Positions 63,157 to 64,000 of a DNA stretch of 64,000 nucleotides are shown one piece after another (within the stretch, counting starts at the first letter, position 1; each line of letters opens with the position of its first letter). The position numbers and the translations under genes were made by a program. The notes beneath the pieces were generated by a model. That model was not told where the DNA came from, made no database searches, and saw nothing but the letters and a program-made list of their open reading frames with translations. Origin of the DNA: Ferroacidibacillus organovorans (GTDB lineage: Bacteria; Bacillota; Bacilli; Alicyclobacillales; SLC66). The stretch is from NCBI RefSeq assembly GCF_001642725.1, contig NZ_LSUQ01000006.1, positions 1 through 64,000 on the forward strand, read 5' to 3'.

Positions 63157-63924
63157 ATGACTCGGATCCGTCTCGTCGTCGCCTATGACGGCACAGGGTT
63201 TCGCGGCTTTCAGACACAGGGTTCCTTGCGAACTGTCCAGGGTGAATTGGATCGTGTGCTGTCCCGCGTCTTCTCACGAGAGATTCGTGTTGTCGGCGCA
63301 AGTCGCACCGATGCAGGCGTTCATGCGATTGGGCAGATGATTCACTTTGATGTGGATCATTGCCCGTATTCGGCGGATCATTTGCGCTATATTCTGCGCG
63401 CGCATCTTCCTGTTGATTTGACGGTGCCGCGCGTGGATATCGTGCCTGATACGTTTCATGTTCGCCACGATGTCACGTGGAAGACCTATCGCTATGAGTT
63501 GGACACGCGCGCTGTACCAGACGTCTTTCGTGCGAGGTACGCGGTTCACGTTCCTTATTCACTGAATGTGCGCGCGATGCAGGTCGCGAGTCACTATTTA
63601 GAAGGAATGCACGATTTCTCATCGTTCTGCTATGTTCACGCGCAGCAACCGGATAAGGTTCGAGAGGTCTACGCATTTCACGTAGAAGAGCGATCGGACT
63701 CGCTTCTTCTCACGGTCTCTGGCAACGGGTTTTTGCACAATATGGTGCGCATCATGGCGGGAACGCTGATCGACGTTGGTCGAGGACGTTTTCAAGCGGA
63801 TGACATTCAGACGATGCTCGGTGCAAAAGATCGCGCGAAGGCGGGGCCCACAGCGCCTGCCAAGGGGTTATGCCTCTGGCAGATCTCTTACAAGCCTTGG
63901 CCGTATCTTGACGAAACCCCTTGA
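63157..63924 (+). CDS. truA: tRNA pseudouridine(38-40) synthase
   Basis: YDGTGFRGFQ, SRTDAGVHA, FLHNMVRI, TAPAKGL. Confidence 0.96.
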   Translation: MTRIRLVVAYDGTGFRGFQTQGSLRTVQGELDRVLSRVFSREIRVVGASRTDAGVHAIGQMIHFDVDHCPYSADHLRYILRAHLPVDLTVPRVDIVPDTFHVRHDVTWKTYRYELDTRAVPDVFRARYAVHVPYSLNVRAMQVASHYLEGMHDFSSFCYVHAQQPDKVREVYAFHVEERSDSLLLTVSGNGFLHNMVRIMAGTLIDVGRGRFQADDIQTMLGAKDRAKAGPTAPAKGLCLWQISYKPWPYLDETP

Positions 63925-63989
63925 GGTACGGTACTCTAAAATTCAATGCGTTGGATCAGCGAATGGAATGACATTTAGGAGGAACACCC

Positions 63990-64000
63990 ATGCGAACGAC
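63990..64000 (+). CDS. rplM: Start of probable 50S ribosomal protein L13 (partial)
   Basis: AGGAGG RBS then ATG CGA ACG AC (M-R-T-T); truA-rplM synteny; only 11 nt visible. Confidence 0.65.

Overview
64 kb of a spore-forming Bacillota (Bacillales-like) chromosome. Gene order and protein style suggest an Alicyclobacillaceae/Paenibacillaceae-type lineage, but this is inference, not a database match. Bases ~13.4-64 kb are the conserved core cluster: ctsR-mcsA-mcsB-clpC, radA-disA, pssA, yacL-ispD-ispF, gltX-[Cys T-box]-cysE-cysS-mrnC-rlmB, sigH, rpmG-secE-nusG, rplKA-rplJL, rpoBC, the str operon, a signal peptidase I gene, and the S10/spc/alpha ribosomal cluster through truA and the start of rplM. 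The first 13.4 kb is accessory. It holds a fluoride-riboswitch-led unit (small S1-domain protein plus a Fluc/CrcB pair), a cysteine-desulfurase-like PLP enzyme, an aldo/keto reductase, a LysM-GH18 spore protein, YceI, two MFS transporters, an AI-2E transporter, a stand-alone 5S rRNA gene with its own promoter and terminator, an AT-rich GT2/methyltransferase fusion, a TetR regulator and a HAD hydrolase. The most noteworthy items are the riboswitch-S1-fluc-fluc unit and the orphan 5S gene. No mobile element, CRISPR array or tRNA was seen. Several starts were moved from the ORF track to the codon with a proper Shine-Dalgarno site.
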